From Thermodesulfobacteriota bacterium (GTDB lineage: Bacteria; Desulfobacterota_D; UBA1144; Nemesobacterales; UBA2774), in the NCBI GenBank assembly GCA_965216785.1, contig OZ244197.1, forward strand, positions 1,024,001 through 1,088,000: a DNA stretch of 64,000 bases, in the 5' to 3' direction. Positions 1-10,707 of this stretch are shown in pieces. The stretch's first letter is position 1, and each line of letters begins with the position of its first letter. The translations under genes were made by a program, and so were the position numbers. The notes beneath the pieces are model-generated. The model saw only the letters and a list, made by a program, of their open reading frames with translations. It was not told the origin of the DNA and did no database searches.

Positions 1-257
1 TAAATTTGAGCTTCAGCGGCGTAGTAGGGGAGTCGCTCGCCATGAACCTTGATATTGAAGGTATTGCCGTGTCCACTGGGGCCGCTTGCTCGGAAGGAAA
101 AGTCGATCCTTCGCACGTACTAAGAGCTATGGGGGCCTCAAAAGAGGATGCTGCGTCTTCAGTCAGATTCAGCCTGGGCAGGTTCACTGAAAAAGAGGAT
201 ATAGATATAGTTACAGAGAAGCTTCCCGGAATTGTGAGTAGAATAAGGTCAGTCTAA
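1..257 (+). CDS. Cysteine desulfurase (IscS/NifS family), 3' end only
   Basis: GIAVSTGAACSEG catalytic-Cys motif and SVRFSLGRFT; frame is open from the window start. Confidence 0.9.
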   Translation, partial: NLSFSGVVGESLAMNLDIEGIAVSTGAACSEGKVDPSHVLRAMGASKEDAASSVRFSLGRFTEKEDIDIVTEKLPGIVSRIRSV

Positions 258-1294
258 GGGAATACGGGGGGGCCGCTCAGACCTTCGCTCTCGTCCCAGC
301 CCATCATTATATTCATGTTCTGCACGGCCTGCCCTGAGGCGCCTTTTACCAGGTTGTCTATTACGGAGACGATTACAGCTGTGTTGTTCTCAGGATTTAC
401 ACGAAGCCCGATATTGCAAAAGTTAGAGCCTCTTACGTGCGCTGTCGAAGGATATACGCCCTCTGGGGATATCCTCACAAATTTTTCATTCTCGAAATGC
501 TCCCTGTAGAGTTTTAGTAACTCCTCGGTCGTAGTGTCTTTAGTGAGGCGTACATAAATAGTCGAGAGGATGCCCCTGTCCATCGGTATAAGGTGTGGTG
601 AAAACATGACTTTTACGTCTTTGCCCGAGTAATCTGAGAGTACTTCCTCAATTTCCGGCATATGACGGTGCTCGCCTATTTTATAGGCCTTAAGTCCCTC
701 GTTTACCTCACAGAAATGAGTATCCAAAGAAGGGGATCGCCCCGCGCCCGTTACGCCCGATTTAGAGTCTATTATGATTGAATTACTCTCAATTAACCCC
801 TCTTTTAATAAAGGGGCCAGCGGCAGTATTGACGACTCCGGATAGCAGCCCGGGTTTGCGACAAGTTTTGCGTCTTTAATTTTATCCCTGTTTAATTCGG
901 GCAGTCCGTAAACAGATTGATCTATAAGCTCGGGGCAAGGATGCTCGCCGTACCATTTTTCATAACGCTCCCGGCTCAGCCTGAAATCTGCTCCCAGGTC
1001 TACTATTTTGATGTCTCTACCATATAGGGCCGAGATTATTTTCGCCGACGCTCCATGAGGCAGCGCGGCAAACACAATGTCTGTATCGCTCGGAACAGAG
1101 TCTGCATCCAGGGGTTCTAGTTTTAGATCCAAATACTCCCTAAGGTGGGGGAATACCTCGGATAGTTCCTTGCCCGCGTGTTTTTCCGCTGTTAGGTGTG
1201 TAACAGTGACGCTGGGATGCACGAGTAAAAACCTGAGAAGCTCGCTTCCTGTGTATCCACTCGCTCCTAATATGGCGACTTTATTTGTTTCCAT
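254..1294 (-). CDS. argC: N-acetyl-gamma-glutamyl-phosphate reductase
   Basis: GASGYTG, ANPGCYP, SGVTGAGR and DNLVKGASGQAVQN motifs. Confidence 0.97.
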   Translation of the reverse strand: METNKVAILGASGYTGSELLRFLLVHPSVTVTHLTAEKHAGKELSEVFPHLREYLDLKLEPLDADSVPSDTDIVFAALPHGASAKIISALYGRDIKIVDLGADFRLSRERYEKWYGEHPCPELIDQSVYGLPELNRDKIKDAKLVANPGCYPESSILPLAPLLKEGLIESNSIIIDSKSGVTGAGRSPSLDTHFCEVNEGLKAYKIGEHRHMPEIEEVLSDYSGKDVKVMFSPHLIPMDRGILSTIYVRLTKDTTTEELLKLYREHFENEKFVRISPEGVYPSTAHVRGSNFCNIGLRVNPENNTAVIVSVIDNLVKGASGQAVQNMNIMMGWDESEGLSGPPVFP

Positions 1295-1485
1295 GGAGAT
1301 TGAAAAATATCAGGGAATACAGGTAATTACAAGGCCTGGGATTGAATTTTTACCTAATTTGGGAATAATAGTATACGGGTCAGGGTCGTATTTACGAATT
1401 TTGACTAAGGTTACCCGGTGAGTAATTTTTACAAAAATAAACTCACCGTATAAAAAATATTAACTTATTTCGGGGGAAGCACATA

Positions 1486-2493
1486 ATGTCAATCAAGGTA
1501 GGAATTAACGGATTCGGAAGAATCGGTAGGAGTATTCTTCGCATAGGACTAGAAAGAGGAGGGATGGACTTTGTTGGAATTAACGATATATCCGACTCCA
1601 AAACACTGGCGCATCTATTTAAATACGATTCGATTTTCGGTACATATAATGGGGATGTTACCGCCGAGAACGGTCACATAGTTATAGATGGGAAGCCTAT
1701 TAGGGTATTTTCAGAAAGAAATCCGGCGGATATAGCGTGGCAGGACGTAGGAGCCCAGATTGTAGCAGAATCAACCGGCATATTCCGCTCCAAAGATACA
1801 GCTGCGGCTCACTTGGGCGAGACTGTAAAAAAAGTCATAATTACAGCGCCCGGAAAATCGGATATCGATTTTACTACTGTGCTCGGAGCGAACCAGGATG
1901 AATATGACAGCGAAAACCACAACATCATTTCAAACGCCTCATGCACTACTAACTGTTTTGCAATGATAGTGAAAGTGCTTCATGAGAACTTCGGCATTAA
2001 ACAAGGTCAGATGACGACGGTTCATTCATACACGAACGACCAGCAGATTCTTGACGCGCCTCATAAAGATTTAAGAAGAGCCCGGGCCGCGGCGCTTTCA
2101 ATCATTCCTACCAGCACCGGAGCCGCAAACGCTATAAACATTATTTACCCAGAGCTCAAGGGTAAAATGAGCGCTGTCGCCATGAGAGTGCCTACTTCGG
2201 ATGTTTCGGTCGTTGACTTTACCTGCGAAGTGGATAAGTCCACCTCAGCCGAGGAGGTTAACGATAAATTCAGGGAGGCTTCAGAGGGCTCTCTTAAAGG
2301 ATATTTAAGATACTCAGAGGAAGAGCTTGTTTCCTCTGATTTTGTGGGAGATCCGCACTCCGCAATTTTGGATGCGCCTCTTACATCTGTTGTAGGCGGC
2401 AATTTGGTAAAGGTAATAGGTTGGTATGACAATGAATACGGTTACTCTACAAGAGTAGTCGATCTAATAGAATATATTGGGGAGAAGGGTTAA
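1486..2493 (+). CDS. gap: Glyceraldehyde-3-phosphate dehydrogenase, type I
   Basis: GINGFGRIGR, SNASCTTNC and WYDNEYGYS motifs. Confidence 0.98.
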   Translation: MSIKVGINGFGRIGRSILRIGLERGGMDFVGINDISDSKTLAHLFKYDSIFGTYNGDVTAENGHIVIDGKPIRVFSERNPADIAWQDVGAQIVAESTGIFRSKDTAAAHLGETVKKVIITAPGKSDIDFTTVLGANQDEYDSENHNIISNASCTTNCFAMIVKVLHENFGIKQGQMTTVHSYTNDQQILDAPHKDLRRARAAALSIIPTSTGAANAINIIYPELKGKMSAVAMRVPTSDVSVVDFTCEVDKSTSAEEVNDKFREASEGSLKGYLRYSEEELVSSDFVGDPHSAILDAPLTSVVGGNLVKVIGWYDNEYGYSTRVVDLIEYIGEKG

Positions 2494-3713
2494 TGAATAG
2501 GCTCGTTATATCGGATGTTCCGGACTCAATGCTTGAGGGAAAGCGCGTATTCGTGAGGGTTGACTTTAACGTGCCGATAAAGGGCGGGAAGATCAACGAA
2601 GACTACCGAATCCGTAGGGCAATCCCGACAATTGATTACCTTATAGAAAAAAAAGCAAAGGTTGTTCTTGCCTCTCACCTCGGGCGTCCGAAGGGGAATG
2701 TGATATCAGACCTATCCCTAAAGCCAATTGCCCTCAGGCTTTCTGAGCTTTTGGGCAAATCCGTACAATTTACCGGTAAGGTAAGAGGGGAAGAGGTAAG
2801 AAAGTCTATAGAGAATCTAAAGGGCGGGGAAGTTATGCTGCTTGAGAACCTGAGGTTCCATAAGGAAGAGACGGATAACGACCCAGAGTTCTCAAAAGAG
2901 CTCGCGTCTTTTGCGGATATTTATGTAAACGACGCGTTCGGCACATCACACCGTAAGCATGCCTCTACGTATGGTATGGCCTCGTATTTCGATCTGAGAC
3001 TTGCGGGTTTTTTGGTTAGCAGGGAGCTTAAATTTTTAACTAGGATCCGCGAAAACCCGGAACGCCCGTTTATAGTCATTGTGGGTGGCGGAAAGATTAA
3101 GGACAAGATCAACGCGCTTAGCAATTTTATAGAGAAGGCAGATAAGGTGCTTCTAGGAGGAGGGGTGGCGTATACGTTTCTCAAGGCAAAGGGGGTTAAT
3201 ATAGGTAACTCTATTGTCGATGACGAGAAGATAGACTGGGCAAGGGAGTCTCTCGAAAAATACGGTGATAAGATCTATCTCCCTGTGGACCACGTAGTTG
3301 CCGGCAGCTTTGAAAGGAGAAAGAACTGTATGGTGATGGACGAGGAGATTCCGGATGACCTGCAGGGTTTTGATATCGGTCCAAAAACAGCCGCACATTA
3401 CAATCATCAAATTAAGGGTAACGGCTCGATATTCTGGAGCGGACCTATGGGAGTGTTTGAAGTAGATGATTTCTCAGCCGGAACGACTCAGGTTGCTCGC
3501 ACCGTCGCTCTCGCCACATGGCGAGGAGCTACAACAGTGGTAGGAGGCGGAGATACTATAGCCTCTATCAGGAAAGCGGAAGTTCTGGACTCTGAAATTA
3601 CGCATATATCGACTGGAGGGGGCGCGCTGCTTGAATTTCTGGGCGGAGAGGAGCTCCCGGGTATATCTATTCTTAACAGGAAAGAAGAAAATATATCATT
3701 AGCTGCAAACTAG
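2493..3713 (+). CDS. pgk: Phosphoglycerate kinase
   Basis: RVDFNVP, SHLGRP, LLENLRF, HISTGGGA motifs; overlaps the gap stop (TAATG). Confidence 0.97.
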   Translation: MNRLVISDVPDSMLEGKRVFVRVDFNVPIKGGKINEDYRIRRAIPTIDYLIEKKAKVVLASHLGRPKGNVISDLSLKPIALRLSELLGKSVQFTGKVRGEEVRKSIENLKGGEVMLLENLRFHKEETDNDPEFSKELASFADIYVNDAFGTSHRKHASTYGMASYFDLRLAGFLVSRELKFLTRIRENPERPFIVIVGGGKIKDKINALSNFIEKADKVLLGGGVAYTFLKAKGVNIGNSIVDDEKIDWARESLEKYGDKIYLPVDHVVAGSFERRKNCMVMDEEIPDDLQGFDIGPKTAAHYNHQIKGNGSIFWSGPMGVFEVDDFSAGTTQVARTVALATWRGATTVVGGGDTIASIRKAEVLDSEITHISTGGGALLEFLGGEELPGISILNRKEENISLAAN

Positions 3714-3816
3714 GGTTTTACTTCGTTGGCCTCTGAGGTTTTGGTGAGTTCGTATATAAAATTAGAAACGGTAATGATAAAAGGGGTATGAAATATAGAT
3801 ATATGGAGATGAAACG

Positions 3817-4881
3817 ATGGCAAAGGGTGATATAAATTCCATAGAAAAACTACTCGGCAAAGAAGCCGATTACCTTTTAAATCATAAATGTAAGACGGTC
3901 TCAAAATCGAATCTCCATCTACCGGGACCCTCTTTTGTAGACGATATATTTATTCCTTCTGACAGACCGAACTCTGTATTGAGGAACCTTGAGCTGATGT
4001 ACAACACGGGCAGGCTCGCGGGTACTGGATATTTGTCCATATTACCAGTTGACCAGGGAATAGAGCATTCTGCGGGAGCGTCCTTTGCTCCTAATCCTAT
4101 GTATTTTGATCCTGAAAATATTGTGAAGCTCGCGATTGAAGGAGGCTGTAACGCAGTCGCCTCGACACTGGGAGTGCTTGGATCCGTATCGAGGAAATAC
4201 GCCCATAAAATCCCTTTTATTGTGAAAATAAATCATAACGAGCTTCTTACTTATCCTAATACGTTTGATCAGATTATGTTCGCAAACGTAGACCAGGCTT
4301 TCCAGATGGGAGCGGTCTCTGTAGGCGCGACGATTTATTTTGGCTCTCCTGAAAGCTCTAGGCAGATACAGGAAGTGTCGGAGGCATTTAGCTATGCCCA
4401 TTCTCTCGGTCTCGCAACGATCCTATGGGCTTATCTGAGGAACCCCGCGTTTAAAACCGAGGACGCAGACTACCACCTGGCTGCAGACCTCACAGGGCAG
4501 GCAAACCACATTAGCGCTACGATTGAAGCTGATATTGTGAAACAGAAACAGGCCGAGAATAACGGAGGTTTTACAGCTCTTAATTTCGGTAAAACCGACC
4601 CCAAAGTCTATTCTAAGCTAACTTCATCTCACCCGATCGATCTTACCCGTTATCAGGTTGTGAACTGCTATATGGGAAGAGCGGGGCTCATCAATTCCGG
4701 TGGAGCTTCGGGGAAGAATGACCTTGCGCAGGCCGTACGTACCGCTGTGATTAATAAAAGAGCGGGTGGTATGGGCCTGATTACCGGCAGAAAATCTTTC
4801 CAGAAGCCTATGAAAGACGGTGTTAAGATACTAAACGCCGTTCAGGATGTATATCTGAATAAAGATATAACGATTGCCTGA
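3817..4881 (+). CDS. fbaB: Class I fructose-bisphosphate aldolase (DhnA type)
   Basis: [16 protein letters not shown] and [11 protein letters not shown] motifs. Confidence 0.95.
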   Translation: MAKGDINSIEKLLGKEADYLLNHKCKTVSKSNLHLPGPSFVDDIFIPSDRPNSVLRNLELMYNTGRLAGTGYLSILPVDQGIEHSAGASFAPNPMYFDPENIVKLAIEGGCNAVASTLGVLGSVSRKYAHKIPFIVKINHNELLTYPNTFDQIMFANVDQAFQMGAVSVGATIYFGSPESSRQIQEVSEAFSYAHSLGLATILWAYLRNPAFKTEDADYHLAADLTGQANHISATIEADIVKQKQAENNGGFTALNFGKTDPKVYSKLTSSHPIDLTRYQVVNCYMGRAGLINSGGASGKNDLAQAVRTAVINKRAGGMGLITGRKSFQKPMKDGVKILNAVQDVYLNKDITIA

Positions 4882-4967
4882 TAGAAGACTTACCTTTCAA
4901 ATTCTTGCCTAGTAGATTCACTCTCTTGGATTTATAATTAATCCGGTTTACTGTAGGACTTTATCCG

Positions 4968-6119
4968 ATGAATTGGAAAATAGAGGGACTTAAGAGATTT
5001 GACGGGATATTCGGGAGGCTCGCGTGCTCGGCGGCTAAGCTAATCGCAGCTCCGAGAAAGTATGAAGATACCGATAGCCCGAGGATTCTTGTGATCAGGC
5101 CCGGAGGGATCGGGGACGCTGTCCTTCTGTTCCCGGCGCTTAAGGAGCTCAAAAAGCGCTATCCGGAGTGTGTAATAGATATTCTGGCCGAGAAAAGAAA
5201 TTCGGGGATATTTTCCTTGTGCCCTTATATAAATTCGGTAATTTGTTACGACGATAAACCACCTTCGGGGATTTTCTCGGCAATCAGGGGAAAGTACGAT
5301 ATCGTAATCGACACAGAGCAGTGGCACCGACTGACTGCCGCTGTGTCTTATCTGACTGGCGCTCCGGTAAGGGCAGGCTTTCAAACAAACGAGCGCTCAG
5401 GGCTCTACAGCCACCCGGCGCCTTACAGTCAAAGTGACTATGAGGCCCGAAGCTTCTTGAATCTGGTATCGGCGGTCACGGGAGAGCAGTATGAGTTTAA
5501 TCCTGAAGAGCCTTTTGTCCCGGTCGATTTATCAGGTTCGGGAGATATCGACTCTCTTTTAAACGATTTCAAAAAAAGGAAAAAAGCTATTGTTGGGATA
5601 TTCGCCGGGGCGACTGTGAATGAGCGGCGCTGGGGCACGAAAAATTTTGGTGAACTTACAAAGGGGCTTACTGATGATGGTTTTGGCGTGGTATTGCTAG
5701 GCGGCAAGGTCGATCTCGATAACTCTGCAGATATCAGGGAAATATCAGGTGCGGAGAATCTGATCGATTTCACAGGGGAAACTACCTTGGCCGAAACCGC
5801 TTACATTTTATCTCAGTTGAATCTGCTAGTCTCGGGCGATACGGGGCTTATGCATATCGCCTGCGGCGTGGGCACGGCGACTGTGGCGCTGTTCGGCGCC
5901 GGAATTGAAGAGAAGTGGGCACCTAATGGTAAATCTCACGTCGCTATCAATAAGCACCTTAGCTGCAGTCCCTGCACGAAGTTCGGGTACACCCCTTCGT
6001 GTCCATACGGTGTAAAATGCCTGAGTGATATCACTGTAGAGGAGGTTTCGCTCGCAGTACAGAAAAGGCTCACAGGCAGAAAAAGGAAGCGAAAGGCTAC
6101 TAAGGGCTCCCCAGTTTGA
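4968..6119 (+). CDS. Glycosyltransferase family 9 (heptosyltransferase-like)
   Basis: GGIGDAVL, DTGLMHIA and CSPC...C...C C-terminal motifs. Confidence 0.88.
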   Translation: MNWKIEGLKRFDGIFGRLACSAAKLIAAPRKYEDTDSPRILVIRPGGIGDAVLLFPALKELKKRYPECVIDILAEKRNSGIFSLCPYINSVICYDDKPPSGIFSAIRGKYDIVIDTEQWHRLTAAVSYLTGAPVRAGFQTNERSGLYSHPAPYSQSDYEARSFLNLVSAVTGEQYEFNPEEPFVPVDLSGSGDIDSLLNDFKKRKKAIVGIFAGATVNERRWGTKNFGELTKGLTDDGFGVVLLGGKVDLDNSADIREISGAENLIDFTGETTLAETAYILSQLNLLVSGDTGLMHIACGVGTATVALFGAGIEEKWAPNGKSHVAINKHLSCSPCTKFGYTPSCPYGVKCLSDITVEEVSLAVQKRLTGRKRKRKATKGSPV

Positions 6120-6196
6120 AGTTTACAATGTCAATCCTATCTTTAATATGATAAGATACCAAAACTTGTTTGATAAGAACGTTGAGGGTTGGATAG

Positions 6197-7231
6197 ATGA
6201 ATAGGTTGTTTCTGATAAGTATTATCACAATTCTTACCTTCTGTGCCTGTCAGCACATCTCTTTTGCTGTGTGCGTAGAAGGCCCGCCGGATACATTTAC
6301 CTGTGACTCAAGCCCGCCTAACCCTGATCCCGACGGCATACAGCAGAGCGCTAACGATAACGGCGTCCAGGTGAATGTGCTTCCCAATGGGAACATAGAT
6401 ACGAATAACATGATTGCAATCGATTTAGGTAACGGGGCAAACCATGTGAACATTGACAGCGCTTCTGTAACCGGGCAAGACCGGGCTGTAACAACAGGTG
6501 ATGGGCCTGACGAGATTTCGCTCCATAAGGCAAACGTGGAAGGCCAGGGTTCGACCCTTTTCTTTAATGACGGCGACGATAATATTGAAATAAAAGACTC
6601 TTTGGTAACGACTACGGTCGGAGGTGTCACCATAAGCGTGGGTTCAGGAAGCGACACTGCCGTAATCAGTAGCAGTACAGTTTCCACAGGCCCCAATATC
6701 AGCCGCGCTTTCACCGGAGGACTCGGCAGAGAGGACCTCACTATCATGGACTCTGTCATAACCAACTCCTCAACAGACGTAACTGTCTCACTAGGGGCGG
6801 ATGACGACAAGGTATTTGTTACCCGCTCAACAATCACTAATGCAAACAATAATTTCCCCTTAGGCGGCGCCGCCGGGGATGATGAGCTAACCATCGGTAC
6901 AGGCGCGGTAATACCGGGCGGTATTGACTGTGACCTTGATATTGACAACGTACCCCGTGGCTTTGATACACTTATATTCGCGATGGAGGTCCCGCGGAGC
7001 CAGATCGCCATGTTCACGGAGCAGATTGAAAATGCACCCACGCCTGATGGTTCTGTCACTATTAACGGCATATTTTATCTTTACAGAAACTGTGATCAAT
7101 TAGTAGCGGACCTGAGAGTACCCGAAGGAAGACCCATCCCCACCCTGTCTGAGTGGGGGCTTATCGTGATGGCCGGAGTGTTGGGATTAATAGCTTTGGT
7201 TGCTATAAGAAGAAAGAGCGCAGTTCAATAA
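6197..7231 (+). CDS. IPTL-CTERM surface protein with RTX-like G-x-G-x-D repeats
   Basis: Signal peptide, GDGPD/GSGSD/GADDD repeats, C-terminal RPIPTLSEWG-TM-RRK; paralog of 29753..30712. Confidence 0.9.
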   Translation: MNRLFLISIITILTFCACQHISFAVCVEGPPDTFTCDSSPPNPDPDGIQQSANDNGVQVNVLPNGNIDTNNMIAIDLGNGANHVNIDSASVTGQDRAVTTGDGPDEISLHKANVEGQGSTLFFNDGDDNIEIKDSLVTTTVGGVTISVGSGSDTAVISSSTVSTGPNISRAFTGGLGREDLTIMDSVITNSSTDVTVSLGADDDKVFVTRSTITNANNNFPLGGAAGDDELTIGTGAVIPGGIDCDLDIDNVPRGFDTLIFAMEVPRSQIAMFTEQIENAPTPDGSVTINGIFYLYRNCDQLVADLRVPEGRPIPTLSEWGLIVMAGVLGLIALVAIRRKSAVQ

Positions 7232-7256
7232 ATAGCAGAATCAAAGTATAAAATTT

Positions 7257-7285
7257 AAAAAGGGAGCCGAAGCCCCCTCTTTTTT
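7257..7285. terminator. Bidirectional intrinsic terminator (GGGAGCCGAAGCCCCC)
   Basis: GC hairpin flanked by A and T runs between convergent genes. Confidence 0.75.
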
Positions 7286-7319
7286 AAGCGCAAGCTTCTA
7301 TCTAGAAATTTATCGTTAC

Positions 7320-8201
7320 CTAAACGCCCTTATCTTCAAGGCCTTCGGGGACTTCGCCGTAATAAATGGAGTCTTCTTTGTAGAGCTCTTTTATCTTTTC
7401 CTTAGGCATGTCGGGCATCCCTTCGTCAAGTCCGAACATCTTGCAAAGGTGCTTTAACTCTTCATCTCTTCCGGGATGCGGCGCCATAGGCTGAATCATA
7501 TGTTCCTCTTTTAGCTCTTCCCTTACCTCTTTGTCTTCATTAAGAGGGGTTCCGTACTCGTTATAGTGATAGAGCTTGTCAAACCTTTTTCTCGGTCTTT
7601 GTCCCGGGCTCTCGGCAGGATATCCCACGGCCATTAGCCATATGGGCACTATGTTATCAGGGACGCCGAGGATCTTGGGAAACTCTGCCGGTTTTCTTCC
7701 CGTTGCCAGCAAACAGCACCCGAGCCCGAGCTCAGTAGCTGCAAGAAGAGAGTTCGCGATTGCCTGACCGGCCTCGATCCTAAGCAGGTCTTCAGCCCTT
7801 TCCCTCGGAAAGCTCATTAGGCGAGGGTATGTGGTTTCAGTAAGAATCTTATAGGTCCACCCATAAGCTGCCGTAACCGCTCTTGCCGGAAACAGCACCG
7901 AGAAAGACTCGACCAGCTCCTTATACCATGCGTCCATATTAATTAGCCAGGCGATAGTAATGGGCGCCTGCCTTAACTGCTGTTCGTTAAAAGTTGAGGC
8001 GCATTCTATTATCTGCTCGAATTTCTCTTCCGGGTATGTCCTTTTGTCTATTACTATTGCCTCTGTGGCGCCGCAGTTGCCCTGACACGAGGCGTAACGA
8101 GCCGCCTGCAGCATCCTTTGAATCTTCCAGTCCTCGACCTCTTCCCAGGGCTTGAAAAACCTGATGCTCCTTCTGCTACCTATAGCTTCTAAAAGTTCCA
8201 T
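7320..8201 (-). CDS. Nitroreductase family protein
   Basis: N-terminal RRSIRFF, LLAATELGLGCC and AVGYP..PGQRPRK. Confidence 0.88.
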   Translation of the reverse strand: MELLEAIGSRRSIRFFKPWEEVEDWKIQRMLQAARYASCQGNCGATEAIVIDKRTYPEEKFEQIIECASTFNEQQLRQAPITIAWLINMDAWYKELVESFSVLFPARAVTAAYGWTYKILTETTYPRLMSFPRERAEDLLRIEAGQAIANSLLAATELGLGCCLLATGRKPAEFPKILGVPDNIVPIWLMAVGYPAESPGQRPRKRFDKLYHYNEYGTPLNEDKEVREELKEEHMIQPMAPHPGRDEELKHLCKMFGLDEGMPDMPKEKIKELYKEDSIYYGEVPEGLEDKGV

Positions 8202-8362
8202 ATTTATTGCCTCCTTATTTGCGAAAAGTAATTTAGTCTAAACGGAATTTAAAAAAATGTCTCCTGAGACCAGTTGTTTTAGTATAACTGAACGAGCGCT
8301 TGCTCGCCACATGTGATGGAGCATGGGAGTTTAATGTAAATAATTTGAGGATTAGGCCTGAA

Positions 8363-9121
8363 TCAGATATCTATTTCTAATAGATCCTGAGCCTCGATGA
8401 CTTTTGCCGTGACATTTTCCCTAATCTGCTGAACAACGTTTTCTTGGTCGCTTACGGGATAAAGATGTGTGACGACAATTTTTTTAGCACCGCACTCATT
8501 TGTAATCTTTATCACTTCTTTTGGTGTGAGATGACCTTTTCTCTTGTGCTGGTCAGGGAGCGCACATTCTATTATAAGAAGGTCCGCGTTCTGGGAGAGT
8601 TGTATTAGATTCTCTGAGTAATCGGTGTCGCCCGAATAAACGAGAGATTTCCCTTCTGCATCGATTCGGTACGCGAGACTGCTGTCGATATGGGGAACCT
8701 TCACGGCTGTAATATCTAGCTCTCCAGTACTAAGAGAGCCAGGCTCGATCTCTTCTATCTCCATACCCTCAGGCGCAATCCAATCTTTATACGCACTCTT
8801 AAGATTGTTGAAGAATTCAAGGAATCCTTCACCGCCCCAAATGCGAAGCGGCTTCTCTCTCTTCACGCCATAAGGGGACCATTCCGTGTATTTTCTTGCG
8901 AATAGAAACGGTACTAAATCACCTGTGTGGTCGGGGTGCAAATGGGAAAGAAATATATGGTCGATCTCCATATAGTTAATGCCGGCATGAGCCAGCTTCC
9001 AGGTGGAGCCATTTCCACAGTCGAGCAGCAGCTTTGAGTTCCCGGTCTCTATAGCATAGCCAGATGAGCCTCTCTGAGCGGAGGGAACGAGAGTCCCCGA
9101 TCCAAGAATTATGAGCTTCAT
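8363..9121 (-). CDS. MBL-fold metallohydrolase (RNase Z/BN-like)
   Basis: SHLHPDH, YSGDT, GHLT and THLYP motifs. Confidence 0.88.
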   Translation of the reverse strand: MKLIILGSGTLVPSAQRGSSGYAIETGNSKLLLDCGNGSTWKLAHAGINYMEIDHIFLSHLHPDHTGDLVPFLFARKYTEWSPYGVKREKPLRIWGGEGFLEFFNNLKSAYKDWIAPEGMEIEEIEPGSLSTGELDITAVKVPHIDSSLAYRIDAEGKSLVYSGDTDYSENLIQLSQNADLLIIECALPDQHKRKGHLTPKEVIKITNECGAKKIVVTHLYPVSDQENVVQQIRENVTAKVIEAQDLLEIDI

Positions 9122-9192
9122 TTTTTAATCACCGGCAATTGGGTTAATCTAATTAAGGACTGTAGCACCACTTGAGAGAAAGGGCAACATAT

Positions 9193-9960
9193 ATGAAGCG
9201 CGTAATTACAATAAGTACTGACTTCGGTGTAGTGGACTACTACGCCGGCGCGATGAAAGGGGTGATGCTGGGTATAAACCCGGATGCTCTGATCATTGAT
9301 ATAACCCACTCTATACCTAAGTTCGACGTTCTAACAGGTGCCCTCACCCTTAACGGCTTTTATAGCTATTACCCTGTGGGGACTATCCATGTTGCCGTCG
9401 TAGACCCTGGGGTTGGAAGTGAGAGGAGGCCCATAGCTATTGAGGCTGACGGCAATTATTTTATTGGCCCGGATAACGGACTGTTCTCAATAATCTACAG
9501 CAGGAGCAAGAAAACTCATATTAGAGAAATTACAAACCCGGATTATATGATGAAGTATGTAAGCAGCACATTTCATGGTAGGGACATCTTTTCACCAGCG
9601 GCGGCTCACATCTCTAAAGGTGTGAATATTAACGAGCTCGGGGATGAGGTCGCCTCACCCGTAACACTTGAGCTGCCCCAGCCCGTGGTTTCACCCGGAA
9701 GAGTGACGGGAAAGGTTATACACGCTGATTCGTTCGGCAACCTTTTGACGAATATACCCCATGAGATAGTGAAGCCGGGCTCGGAGGTGTATGTCGGTGA
9801 TATAGCTCTAGGTGCTCCGAAGAGCTCTTACGGAAGTGTAAAGAAGGGTGAGCTGCTTAGTATAGTGGGGAGCTTGGGTTTCTTGGAAATTTCCGTGAAT
9901 CAGGGAAGCGCTTATGAAGCGCTTGGCAGGGAATTGGCCGTAACTGTAGTTACGGGTTAG
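9193..9960 (+). CDS. SAM hydroxide adenosyltransferase (DUF62, halogenase superfamily)
   Basis: TDFG, VVDPGVGSERR and TFHGRDIF motifs; ATG at 9193 preferred over the upstream TTG. Confidence 0.88.
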   Translation: MKRVITISTDFGVVDYYAGAMKGVMLGINPDALIIDITHSIPKFDVLTGALTLNGFYSYYPVGTIHVAVVDPGVGSERRPIAIEADGNYFIGPDNGLFSIIYSRSKKTHIREITNPDYMMKYVSSTFHGRDIFSPAAAHISKGVNINELGDEVASPVTLELPQPVVSPGRVTGKVIHADSFGNLLTNIPHEIVKPGSEVYVGDIALGAPKSSYGSVKKGELLSIVGSLGFLEISVNQGSAYEALGRELAVTVVTG

Positions 9961-10006
9961 TGCTCTATGGGTTTAGGAAAGTGTAGCGGTATTTACTAAG
10001 GAATAA

Positions 10007-10429
10007 TCAGGCTTCAAATTCTAATAAATATGTCTTCCCTTTCATTTCTATCTCTTTGGCCGAGCGGTAAGTAAAGATATTTTCCCAAAAATGATCTTCG
10101 GGCTCCTCATTACCCTCTAGTCTTAGCTTTTTTATTAGCTCCCAGTACGCTTCATCATCGGGAAGATCGGGCAGTAGATCGAATAGAGTCGCTATGTGCG
10201 GTCTGTCGGCTTCATCGACGGTTTCCCAGCTTACCCACTGTTGATTTTTCTTCGATATGAAGAGCTTGTCCCCGGGATTATTATGCCGGGTTTCACTGAG
10301 CGTCCAAGCCGGGATGTACTCTGTATAGTAATAATCAAAAGCACTTTCCAGAATGTCGCTCCATTTAAGCGTTACGGAATTGGATTGTTCAGAATCTGTC
10401 TCTGCGTGGTTCGTGGCTTCTTTACACAT
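10007..10429 (-). CDS. Hypothetical acidic protein
   Basis: 140-aa ORF with GGAG RBS and an upstream sigma54-type promoter. Confidence 0.65.
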   Translation of the reverse strand: MCKEATNHAETDSEQSNSVTLKWSDILESAFDYYYTEYIPAWTLSETRHNNPGDKLFISKKNQQWVSWETVDEADRPHIATLFDLLPDLPDDEAYWELIKKLRLEGNEEPEDHFWENIFTYRSAKEIEMKGKTYLLEFEA

Positions 10430-10526
10430 TTTGCTTCTCCAAGCTTTAGTGCGCTACCCTTACAGTGATTATATAACATGCATAAATGCCCAAATCTACA
10501 GGAATTTATGTTACCCTACCTGATAG

Positions 10527-10542
10527 TGCAAAAACTATGCCA
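10527..10542 (-). promoter_or_regulatory. Sigma54 (-24/-12) promoter
   Basis: Minus strand reads TGGCATAGTTTTTGCA, matching TGGCAC-N5-TTGCA at exact spacing. Confidence 0.65.
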
Positions 10543-10707
10543 GGAGCATGCATTTGTGTAACTTCCCTCAATTGTTTGTTTTTTCACATTCGCTTGTTTT
10601 GATATAGGGGAAAATCTTAACAAATTTCGTCAATAATCGATGGAAGTTTGCATTATATTGAACAAGAACGGTTTTTTTTATAAACTTAGAGTCCGAGGTA
10701 ATAAACC

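Noticed and set aside
6250-7071. Long antisense ORFs over repeat-rich genes (also 29893..30546, 46585..47205 and others)
   Set aside because: Shadow frames of well-supported genes on the opposite strand, with no motifs.
9193-9960. SAM-dependent fluorinase or chlorinase
   Set aside because: Retains the Asp/Arg/His residues of DUF62 SAM hydrolases (DPG, RR, FHGRD) and has no biosynthetic context.
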